The notes below the pieces were generated by a model. That model was not told the origin of the DNA. It made no database searches and was given only the letters and a program-made list of their open reading frames with translations. The position numbers and the translations under genes are program-made. A DNA stretch of 64,000 nt from Vitrella brassicaformis CCMP3155 (lineage: Eukaryota; Protista; Chromerida). Within the stretch, counting starts at the first letter, position 1. Every line of letters begins with the position of its first letter. The stretch spans positions 1 through 64,000 of the forward strand of contig CDMY01000061.1 in assembly GCA_001179505.1 (NCBI GenBank), read 5' to 3'. Shown piece by piece: positions 47,479 to 59,400 of the stretch.

Positions 47479-50400
47479 TCATGTGCCGTACTGTTTCCTC
47501 TCAAAGGCCGCCCGCTGCCTCTCACGCAGCTCCTCACGGTCCCTCTCGCACTCAACTATCAGCAGCCGACCGCACCACACACCTTGCCCCTCCTCTCTCT
47601 CTTGCCCTTGCGCTTGCTGCGCCTCTCCTTCCACTCCCTCTCCCTCTCCCTCTCCCTCGCCCTCACCGCCTGATGTTGCCATGGCAACATCGCCGCCCTG
47701 TTGATCTTCCTCTCTTTGCTCGATGTCTATCGTGTCCTGCCCCTCCTCCCCATCTGTGATCATGGCAGCATCGCCCTTGGCCTCCCGTATGGCCCGCCGC
47801 ATCCACTGCAGCAGGCTCTGCTGCCGACGCCGCCTCCTGCTGCCCGACCCACTGCCGCCGTCACGAAAGGACTGCCACTTGGACACGTCGCGGACCGCAA
47901 TGATGGGCCGGTGGCGAGAGACATACAGCACCCGGTAGGGCGGGGTACGGCGGGACCTTCGTTGAGGCTGCCGTCCACCGTAGGGGCCGTGTGTGGTGCC
48001 GGCAGGTAGCGTATCAAGCAGCGTGGGTGGGGCGAGGGTGGGTGCGAAGAATGGGCCTTGGGGGAGGTCGTTGTGGGTGAGGGCGGAGACCGCCAGACGC
48101 TGGCTCTCGGTGAGGTCGTCGGCCCTGCCGGCTCCCGCCTCGTCGGCTGCGTCATCATCGGTGTCTGTGTCTTCCTCAGCCTCGGGAGTGTCCTCCGGCG
48201 CACCATCCATACCGTTCTCCATCATGTCGACATTGTCATTGTCTTCCAGCGCATCCCCTTGCCCGTCGTAGTCGATCTCATTACTCTCGCTCTCGTCACT
48301 CTCATCGCTCATCGCCTCCTCATCGTCTGAATCATCCTGGGCGTTCTTGTCGAAGTCCCGCTTCCACTGCTTGCGGTCGAACCAGGCCGACATGTTGACG
48401 GCGAGGGGCAGGTTGACCGACAGGACTGCCCTTGAGGTGTGGGCGATGAGTGCGTCTTTGGGGCCGATGGATGAGAGGCCTGGTGGGGGCTGGGATGTGT
48501 ACTTGCGGGTGGGTGAGAGCCACAGGAGGCCGCGGACGGCGGTGGGGCTGCTCAGGCGGAATGAGGACAGATCGGAGGGGAACTGAATATGTATATATGG
48601 AGAGAGATGCAAGTGCTGGGTATGGTACGTACGGCCACGAACTCACTGACCGACTGACCTTGAGGATCGGGCTTGCCCTCGGTATCATGGTCATCAGTTT
48701 CCTCTCGTTCTTCACCAAGTCGTCCATGTGCTTCTGGGTCTTGTTTCTCTTGTTTCTCCCTCTGCCCCTCCTCCTCTCCCTCTGCAGCCTCCGCAGCCTC
48801 CGCACAATCTGCACCTCCATCCCCATCTTAATCATTCTCGACGACAGCGGGTGGATCATCCGCTGCTGCTCTATGTGGTACAGGTAGTACGTGCCAACCG
48901 ACGACGCTACCGCCACAGCAGACCCTGCACACCATTACACATCCATCCATCCATCCATTCATCCACTCATCGATGGCTGTATTCATGTAGTAATTATTGC
49001 GTTGACCGATCGACTGACCTCTGGGGTTGAATGTGATTGCGCATGCGACGGCGGGGGCCTCGAATGACGGCAGCACACAGTGGAGCTGTTGTGTGTCGAG
49101 GTTGTAGAGGGTGATGCGGCCGTGGGTCTCCATGGCAGCCAGGAAGTCGCCACGGGGGGACACCGACAGATGACACACCGCTGCAAGCAAGAACATCCAT
49201 CCCATCACAGAATGAGTGCAGCCAAGTTTGATTGACCTCGGCTGTGTGGGCTCTTACGTGAGGTATGGCCAGAGAAGCGGTGGATCTCCCTGACAAACAG
49301 ACAGACACAGGTCATGACCAGAGACACCATGTGTTGGTCGTTGGTCCTGCTGGCAGCCTCGTGTGTGCCGAAGGTAGGCAGGTAGCTAGGTAGGTGGCTT
49401 GGCTACCTTCCTGTGTTGATGTCGACGAGTACCACAGCGCATGGCGGCCGGGGCTTGTCTGTCGACGTGCTGGGGGACGTAGGCACACCCGCAGCCAACA
49501 CGTTGGGACTCACAAACAGCATACTGCACACAGCACAGCACAGCGACCTGATTGAATGAAGCAACCAGGGGTGCCGTCCTCCAACAGGTAGGCACCGTAC
49601 CGTACCTGTGAACTAGCCTTTCCTCCAGACATGGGATGTCCAGACACTCAGTCTCAAGCTGCAGATAGATCAGACACATACAACACACACCAATGATTGG
49701 GGAGCGGTCCGTGGGGTCGGTCAGGCAGGTCAGCCGCTGCCACCCCTACCTACTCGTCCATCCAGGTACTCACCTCGTCGCTTGTGAATTTGAAGACTCG
49801 TGTGCCTGACGAGTTGCTGGCGGCGAATATGGTAGCGTCGTGCGCCATGGCTGAGGCCACGATGGTGCCCTTGGACTGCAACCTGGTCTTGGAGAGGAAG
49901 GTCAACTCGGGCGGAGACTAACACACGGACGGACACAGACAAACAAGTGCGTGCAAGGGGGTTGTGTTGAGGGGAGCTGTGTGTGGGGCGTGTGCCTTCC
50001 TTACGTCCTGTGAGAGGTCGGCGTCAGCTCTGATGTGCCACATGTCCACCGTGGGCCGGTACTGCAACAAAGTGAAGCCCTCACCGCTTCCCACCTGCAC
50101 CACACAGCAGGCAGGAGTTATCAAATCAAGCAGACAGACCATGAGGGTGCGTGTGCAGCATCCATCCATCCTTACGTGTACATGTCTGGCGGCATGCTCC
50201 GGCAGGTGGCCAAGGGTCACAAACCTCTGCAGCGACTGATGGATGGATGGACACCAAGACACACAGCCAGGCCAGGCGAGCGACACGACACATGTACGTA
50301 CAACGAAAGGTGCGGTGCGCAGCACGGCACGGCACGGAGCTCTCTTATGAGCCACATACCTACCAACCTACCTGTTGGCTTCTGGCCTTGGGGTAGATGT

Positions 50401-52366
50401 TAACGTGCCAATCGTGGCTGCCACTCGCCAACGCACCTGCACAGCACAGCACAGCAATTCGATTCATTCGTGTGTGCGTATGTTTGCACACGACAGACAC
50501 CGGGATGGGATGACCCCGCCTGCCTAGGCTGCCTGGGTACCTACCGACCGTGTTTAGCGACGGCCAGGCAGGTGACGTCATGGGAGTGGGGATACAGACC
50601 GCCAGCTGACCTCCAATCCTCCTGATGGATGGATTAACAACATACATAGGTGCGGGTATTCGGTGCATGCCATGCGCATCGGTCATCCATCGACACGCAC
50701 CGCACACACACCTACCTACCGGTGAGGGCAGGGTCTCGTCCACGGCGGACGGCAGGGCGATGGCGTGGTTCTTCTGCTGTGGGAGGTAGGCCAGCAGGCC
50801 GATCCTCTGGTCCACGCCTGCCGTGTAGATGATGCTCTCGTCAGCTGACACTGCCAGGGCATTCACCAACCCTTGGTGACCACCCTGACGCTGACAGAGG
50901 GCATCAAGGCAGGCAGCAACATGTGGCCTGGCCCCTGTTCTGTCTGTCATTCGTGTGCTCTCTGTGTGTGTTGCGTTAGGTACGTTAGTGAATGTCGTCA
51001 GGAGTGTGCATGATGTGGTGTCCCAGAGCGACACGTTGCCCACCGAGTCCCCGCTGACCAGCAGACGCTGCGACCTCACCGCCTCCAGGGCCCACACGTT
51101 GGGCGCCTCACCCCCTGCAGGCAGAACACAATATATTGACACACACGGAGGATACATACTATGATGTGTGTTCGTTCTTCATAGTATCCTCCGTGCTCAC
51201 TTGGTTGCCTCCCTCCTGCTCCTGCTGCCGTTGCTGCTGCTGTGGCTGCCTTGTCGGGGTTGCGCCTCTCGAGCAGCATCTTGCTGTCGCTGCGCCAGTG
51301 GTCGCCATGCTTGGTCCACCGCAGGATCACACACACCGACCCCGCAAACAGCATCGTGTCGGAATACACACAGATGCTGAACAGATGATCTGCAGACACC
51401 ACACCAACACACACAGCAGGCGAGCCATGCATGGACTGCATCCACTCGCTGCATGTGTGTGTTTTGTTTGTGTGCATACTCACGGGAGTGTTTGGTCAAT
51501 GATCTGGTGGTGCTTTGGTCGGCATCAAGCCAGGGCGACTCGTCCAGTATGTTAAAGAACCGGACGCTGCCGTTGTGGCAGGCCGCCACAATCGACTGCC
51601 GGTCGGCCGAGAGGGCCGACGACCACACCGCACCACCACCAGACGCAACGGCAATCTGACACACACAGATGAGATACGAACAGAAGAGTGTGGCGCAGCT
51701 CAGTCAGGTTGGTTAAGATGTGTATTGTCATGCCGTCCATGTCATGCCATGCACACCTTCTTCATGCCCCTCTGCAAGTCGAACTCGTTAACGAGACCAT
51801 CAATACCTGGCACCACACACACACATGCACGTGGACATGGGCGCGTCCATAGCTACCCGGGCCGGGCACTCCACTCACCGGTCGTGAATAACCGATAGTT
51901 GGCGAGGGGATCTTTCTGCTGCTGTCTGTCCTTCTGCTTCTGCCCCTTGGGCAGTGCTCTCATGACGAAGTGAATAGTGCGGTTGGAGCGGTCAAAACCT
52001 CCAGGCAACCTCTGACAAACCATAGACAGACAGACAGATTATTGCACACACCACACGCATGCAGATCAGATCTCTCTTCCTTTTGAAGTCTGCAGGCCAT
52101 TTTTGTTTGACACCTACCATTCTGAGATGGTTGGTGGTGGTGTCGTAGATGGCGAGTTCGCCCCACTCCCCCGCACCGCGCCCAACGGCGAGCCACAGCC
52201 CGTCGTCGGAGAAGGCGAGCGACTCGATGGACAGCGGCTGGTGGTCATACATCCTGTGGACACACACATACACACGGAAAGGCTTGGTGCTCATGTGGGT
52301 GAATGAATGCACCTCTGTCTGCGAATGATAAACTCACTTGCATCGAATCAGGTCCACAGTCGCCAT
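47479..52366 (-). CDS. UTP4: U3 snoRNA-associated protein 4 (UTP4/cirhin), WD40 repeat
   Basis: N-terminus MATVDLIRC|xMYDHQPLSIESLAFSDDGLWLAVGR matches the UTP4 start pattern. WD40 exons (VWSSALS, NVWALEAV..LVSGDSVGNVSLWD, HQGLVNALAVSADESIIYTAGVD, LASGSHD), an acidic insert and the characteristic C-terminus AFERKQYGT*. Confidence 0.9.
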
Positions 52367-52482
52367 GGGTTCTTCTTTGTTGAGATCTGCTGGCAACACC
52401 TGTTCGAGAGCTTATCACGGGGGAGACCAGGCGAACAATTTCATTGCGAGCTTTTTTCGCTAAGCTCGCAGACGTCCGCGGA
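52367..52482. promoter_or_regulatory. putative bidirectional promoter (UTP4 <- -> PCD)
   Basis: 116 bp between divergent ATGs at 52366 and 52483. Confidence 0.55.
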
Positions 52483-52931
52483 ATGAAGCTTGATGCGTCC
52501 AAGCTGCCTGCCTTGCTGCAGCAGCACATTCCAAAATGGAAGGTGCTGAGCGAGCCGACGCGGCTGCAGCGATCGTACGCATTCAAAGACTTCAACGAGG
52601 TGAGCCGACCGCAGCAGCATGCACAGCGAGCGGGACTTCCATTTGCAAGAGATCTGAGACTCATCCGGCATTCATGACATGAATCACATGTGTGTGCGTC
52701 GGTTCTCTGCTCGTGTGATGTCTGACTGCCGGTGCGGTGCAGGCGTGGGGCTTCATGTCGCGTGTGGCGCTTCACGCTGAGAAGGCCGACCACCACCCCA
52801 ACTGGTACAACGTATACAACCGCGTGGATGTGGAACTGTCGACGCACGATGCGGGCGGCGTCACACAGAAGGACATCGACCTCGCCACCAAGATGGAGAA
52901 AATCGCACATGACATGGGGCAGGACAAGTGA
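52483..52931 (+). CDS. PCBD: pterin-4-alpha-carbinolamine dehydratase (PCD/DCoH), 2 exons
   Basis: [12 protein letters not shown]|[48 protein letters not shown], including the catalytic HHP and STH motifs; GT-AG intron 52600-52742. Confidence 0.95.
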
Positions 52932-53421
52932 ATGACGCAGAATGAATGAATGAATGAATGGGATGGGCGGGCTGGGGGGTCGACCAGAAAGGGTGAGGGT
53001 GGGTGTAATGCATGGTGATGCGGCTGCGCTCTGGGTGGGTGGGAGGGTGTACTAAGGCTTCTTTTCTCGTAAGGCAGGCCTAGGCAGGTAGTTAGCATTT
53101 TCTTAGTTGGCGTTCAGGCCAGATGCTAAGCGCCTTTTGTGACGACTTTTGTGTGTGCGTGTAAGATGATCGACGGCTCTCTGCAGACAGACACATGCAA
53201 TGGATGCGGGCATGAGTCAACGACAGAGTCCGTGGAAAAAATGAGGGCCGCATACATACATATCAATTCAATTAGTCCAGTGAAAAAAGACAGATAATCA
53301 CATTCATCCATTCGATCACCCCCCCACATCATATCATATACCCTCACACAACACAACACAACACAACACAACACACCGAACTCAGCTCTCAACCCCATAT
53401 ATAATGCGGTCAGCCAGCCAG

Positions 53422-56400
53422 CTAGGGGTGCAGTGCCACCTGCATCTCGTGTGTCTGCACCTCACACACGTCCAGTGGCCGGAAGGACGCACCACCCAGG
53501 GCATGCCGCCCAACCCACTCCTTGATCTCCTGTGGGCTGCCCGCAGCCACCAGACCCATGGCTGATGAGGCCTCGATGGTCACTTGACCCTGGCTGCCTC
53601 GTCGCAAGCTCCTTTGCGGTGACGGCGAGTCGGACACCTGCACTCACTCATCCATGGGGGGGAGAGGGAGACAAGAGAGAGTCTGTGAGTGAATGTGTGA
53701 ATGGCCGCGTCTCTTTGGCGGTGTCGTGCGTTGGTGCATGCCGATGGTTGAAAGTGGCTTGGGGTTCCCTCGGTCAGGTTGTCTGGCCTGGACAAGAGCA
53801 CCCACATCTTGGCGCACACGTCATCGAACAGTTCACGGAGCGACGCGGGATCGCTGCAGCAGACCACGGCGAGACAAACAGGTATACGCAGTCGGTTTCA
53901 CACACATCTGCACACACGTTGACTCATTGTCTGACCTCTGCTGCGGCTTTGGCAGCGATGCGAGCCGCTGCTTCCAAGCGCCGACAATCGTCTAAGCAGA
54001 TAAGATACACACAGCCCGTTGCGCCACACCACGCTTCACATGCATGCCTTTCCTTGTTGTCAAGCACCTGTCTAACGTCAGGGTCGGCGAGCACACTCGG
54101 CAGCATCCTCAGCCCCGAAGGACCACCAACGGGCGCCACAAACCCACCCATGGGCAACAGAGGGCCCTGCGGCACAGCCGCCTGCTGCTGCTGCTGTCTG
54201 GCCTTCCTGGTTGCCGTGGGACTGACGGACGATGTGAGCCCCAGTGATGCCCGCGTGCTGTTTAGGTTGGGGGGCGGCGCGGCACCTGAGTGCTCTGCAA
54301 CGCTGTGGCACCCTGCGTGACGTGACCGCGACACAGAGAGATGGATGCATGATCGATTACATGTGGCTTGGCTGTCGTGTACAGAACATACATGCGAGAT
54401 GGAATTGGTGCATAAGTGGCAGGACGACCCGTGGAATGACTCCGAAGGGCGGGAGTGTGATCGCCGCCAGGCTGGCCATCGCCTCTGCCCCAAGCCGGGC
54501 CTCGGGCACCGCATCCACCGTCAGCCTACACGATACGACCATCAACCAACACGACACCGTGGTGACCAGCAGCAACTGCGTCCCTCTTCCCTTGTCTGTC
54601 CTAACGTTGATTTCAGCAGGGGTGCGTGGGGGCTTCCCGTGGTTGCAGATGCCGTGACCTGCCCGCCCACGGCCCCCACAGGCAGCAAGACGCTCAAGCC
54701 CCTCCGCTGCGACCCCTGCAGACGGGGAATGCTCTGCGCGTCCAGCCCCACTGTGTGCTCGACTGTGCCGCCCTGCAGAGAAATCTCGTGCTTTTGTTGT
54801 TGCAGCTGCTGGGGGCTGGAGGGCGCCTTGCCTGCCCCTGCACGAGACAGCGGAAGGCTTGACAGGGGCAGCTTCGCCCAACCGCAGGCAATCTGGTGAT
54901 AAATGAAGCTGGTGCATCATTGTGTGTGAATGCTAGTGTGGGCGAATGAGACTCGCCCACCTGAACGGGCAGCGGGGAGGAGCCGCCGTTGTGGTCTGCT
55001 GGCCTGTCAGGTGCTGGAGCTGCCGGGATGGCGGGCTTCAGGAGGTGCTTGACGACCCGCAGCGATGCTTCGAAGAGCAGCGAGCAGCAGTCGATGAGCC
55101 TCCTGTCCTCGCCGGTGGATGGCAGGTGGAGGATGGCCATGCTGTCGTCAGTGCGGCCTGATGCGCCACTGCTGCGGAATGACCAAGTGTCGGGCGACTG
55201 CGGAGACACGCTCGCTCCGAACACGCAACTGCCACTCTGTCACAAACACACATCGCATACACATAACTAACATACATGCCCCCACGCATTGCATTGCATT
55301 GACAGGCGTGCCGTGCCGTGCCCCCCCACCTGGTATTGCCTGGTGTGCTCGTTGTACACGGTGATCCGCAGCTGTCTCCCGCAGACCTGCCACGTCCCAT
55401 CGATGGGCTCCGCCACGGGCCGCCCTTCCACGTCTCGAAAGGGCGACGGTACGCCCCTCATGCTCTCCAGCACTAGCCCCACAAACACCCCCACATCCCG
55501 CCTCTTGGACTTCTCCTTGGGCTTGCCACGACACAAGCCGCGTCTCTCCGCTTTAGGGACAATGCGGTTGGGAAAGAGGTGTGTGTGGATGAGGGGGTGG
55601 GCCGTGAGGAGACCGCTGCTGTCCGAGGCGGCCGTGGGTGGCAGCGCTGAGGGGCGGGGGACGGCGGGAAGGCGGCGGAAATGAGGCGGCAGGCCGACCA
55701 GCGCCCCGACGTATGCGTCCAAACGGAGCCGGCGAGAGTGGCTGAATGAAGGGACGATCAGGATCCATCTATACATTCGTTCTGTCGTGTCTGTCTCTGT
55801 GGCGTGGCGCCAGAGCCCACCTAAATTTGAGGAGCGCGGCAGCGGTAGCCACATCTTGGACCGCCTCGGTGTCTCTGGCTTCCTCCTCTTGAATGAGGGA
55901 CATGAACTCGTCTATGTCAACCGTCGCATTTCTGTCACGGTCGGCGGCGTTGAATATCGCCGATGTCTCCGCATCAGTGAGGGACACGTTGCACCGCTTC
56001 AGAGCGGTCGACAGCTCCTCGCGCGTCAGCCGACCGTTCTTGTCCAGATCCGCTGCGTCAAACGCCTCCCGAGCCTGTTACACACACACACACACACACA
56101 CACGAACGAGCATTCGATTGGCGCGCTTCTCTTTTCTCTTTAGCTGTGCTGTACCTGTTGGTAGAAGTCTTGGTCCTGTTTAAGTGCCTGCTGCACGTAT
56201 GGGGTCATCAGTGCCCGAATCTCAGCGGCGTCGAGCCGTCCGTTGCCGTCCCGATCGGCCGCTGCGATGAGTCTCTCCACTTCCCATTGAGGCACCTCAC
56301 AACCTGGACACGGCCCAAGCAAGCGTCTCGTGTGTGGATGAGTTAAGTCCGCCTTTCTGTGTCTCCCCCACCGAGGGATAGCAAGGCGAGGCGCAGCTCA

Positions 56401-59400
56401 CTGCTGTCGATGGCGCCGTCATTGTTGGTATCAAAATGTCGAAAGACCACCCTGTGTATCTCTGCGTCCATCTGCTGCTCCAGCCGCAACTGGGCCGCCA
56501 CACGCCGCAGGGTAAAGGCAAACTTCTCAGCTGGTACTTGATCACGACAGCCACCAGTTGTTCGACACAGGAAGGCCACGATCTCCGAGCAATCACTGAG
56601 ATGGATCTCCGCCTTGTGGTGAGACGACAGTCGATGCAGCCCATCGGCTCTGAGCATTCTCTGCGGGGACGATGGCTGGCTTATGGCGTGCTGCTCGCAG
56701 GCCTCGAGCGTTCTTGCAAAAGACCAGCCATCAAAGTGCTGTGCCAGAGGCCGCAGAGCCCGCAGCGCATCCTCATAAGCGTCACGGAGGTACTGCTCGA
56801 ACACAGCCAGGTCGATGTACCGATCGTATTCCGACCGGCCGTCTGCCGCACGACCGCCGATCTGCAGGAACGCCACTGCATCCTGCACCTTTCGCGTCGC
56901 CTCCTGGTCCACTCCCACCGAAATGCTGAAGTAAGACCTCAGAACTTCCTGAAGCTGGTCGGCTGCCATCATGCGGCTCGAGAGCGTCGCAGCTGCAGCT
57001 GCGTGTCTCTCCGGCGAGACTTCAGCCTGAACCTGCATTTGGAAGGGTGCGATGGCACCTTCCACCGACGGCACCCTCGTCTTGATTTGTCGACACAGCC
57101 AGATGACGGCGGCCTGCCCCCGGACCTGCCAGTCTGGCTGTTCGCCGAAGTGTGGTGATGGGAGTGTATGAGCGGCGTCGGCAGGTTGGCGGGGCGGCGG
57201 GACAACTTGGAAGGGCGGGGAAGGGGTCCGGGGAGGTGCAGGGGGGAGGGATGAGGGAGCAGGCACGAGGGCGTCAAGCAGATGTGTGGAGATCCATCCA
57301 GAGCAGCTGGGATCCAGGTACCTGCAGCACGTGATGAGGGGGGGGGCGTGTTGAATGCTACCTTCTTGTCATTGCTCACTGCTGCATGGCACGGATCTCG
57401 AAGGCTTCGAAGTCGAATCCAAGCTCCATCCACAAAGACGCAATCTCACGCCTACAGAAGTGACGACAACGCCTCAGGTCAGATAAGCAGCACACACGCA
57501 GATGGGGCCGCTGCGCTTACGTCATGAGTGCATCTCCTGAGGGTGTCGCCATGCCTCTCCGTGCAGCCGTTTGGCCCATCGCCTGGCTCAACGTCATCTG
57601 GTCCTGCTCCAACAAATCTCGCTGCGCACTGAGGAGCAGTTCTCGCACGCCCCGCACTGTTTGGCTGGACATGACGCCCAGCAACCCAAACCCATCGCGG
57701 ATGTCTGGTTGACGGAGGTGGGTGCCGAGGGCCTTCAGGTGCTTTGATGCAGCCGAGGCAATGGCGTCAGGGCCTTCACGGTCCGGCAGGAAGGCCGCCA
57801 CGTCCGGTGACCGTCCGATGATTGCCTGGACGTGAGATTGGATCGCGTCGACAGGCATGGGGGGCTGAAACGAGGCCGTGAGAAGGCCATGCAGCTGTTT
57901 CAGGGAATAAGGGAGAGACAGGTTGGTCAGGAGTGCGTGAAGAGCAGCATAGGTAAGGGGCAGATCCAGTGCGCCTTGGAAGCCTTGCCATGTGACCGAT
58001 GGCTGACCGAGGTCGCGGGCGTAGTCGAAGAAGCTCTGCGTCTCTTCCTTGCTGAAGGTGGAAGACAGTGGGCTCGCCCGCACGGCCTCCTCCAGAGTGC
58101 TTATATTCTTGAACAGCACTGCTGACGGCGAGCTCACGAGAGGCACCTGCAGCTGAAGTCGTCGCATTTTCATGGACGCCTCGAGTATCTGGAAAGGGAG
58201 CTCACAGCTCAGCGCGCGAACCGCAGCGTCGATACCGGCAGTGTCAGGGCGGCCGTGTCTCTGTGTCGCCGAGGATTGGTCGAGCAGGGCCATGGTGAAC
58301 AGGCCGGAAGCCACTTGCATGAGCGACTTCGTGTCGCTTGCAGAATCGCTCATCATGTCCCTTGTTGGATCGCTCAACAATGACTCGGTCATGCTCAACC
58401 AGCTGGTTCGAGTCAGCTCCCGAGATGGTCCCAAATGCACTCGAAGCCATTCACGCACCACTTCAGCACTGCTCTCCTCGCCGACCCGAGGGCTCATGCG
58501 GGAAGAGCTGAGCTGGGCGAGCTCAATCTCCCCTCTCAGCTTCGACACTGCAGTGTTGTTTGCAGCCAACAGACAGTCGCGAAGCGCCAAGGGAGACGCG
58601 GCACCAACCTTCGTCAGCAGATGGGCGACGATAGGGCCCTCGAGGATTGCCGGGGTCCGCGTGCGTAAGAAGTCCATGAGGTCGGCTTCATTCCACTGTG
58701 CTGTCGCTTTCTCCTTCTCTGCCTCTTCACATTCTTGACTGAACCGCCGAATAGCCGCCTCCTCTCTCTCCCCGTGGCGCCTTGCGTGAAGGATGAGTCT
58801 CATGCGCACAACCCACAGCACCGAAGAGCCAGCCAGAATACCCCCGAGAAGGATATCGGTGCCGACGTCTGGTAATGGGGCAGGAGGAACGGGTGTCGGG
58901 GGTATGGGTGGCTGGATCGCGGGAGGCGACGGCTCAGAAATAGGCGGTGGCTGCGGCTGTGGATGTGGCGGGACTTCCCTTTCTGGGGCGAGGTCGTGCA
59001 GTGCTTTTCGGAGCTCTCTGAGTGCGATAGTGTTGCTGCCGTCGCGATCGAGATACCCGAAGAGCTTCTGGCCACTGATCGACGACACACGTATCTCCCT
59101 GCACAGCCTCAGAAACTCCTCTCTGTCCAGCGTCCGGCTGCCGTTCTCATCAAGATGATCAAATGCACTCTTGACGCTGCCATAGCACTCGATGAGGCGC
59201 CCTCTGAACTCCTGCATGGCTTCTCTCCGTTCTGAGTCCTCGTCAGACTCAATGGCACTCAGTGATTGGACGTCGTCGGGGCTGCCGCTCATCGATGTGG
59301 ATTGCTGCGGCGGCTGTGGTGCCGCCATCTCCTGCGGTGGCTGCACCCTTATCTGAGGGGCCGAGGGAGGGGGAGGGGCTAGTGCTTCCTGCCGCGGCTT

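Noticed and set aside
52361-52463. Palindromic CCATGG giving overlapping start codons for UTP4 (-) and PCD (+)
   Set aside because: The plus-strand ATG at 52365 hits TAA at 52461 and is out of frame with PCD; the PCD start is ATG 52483.
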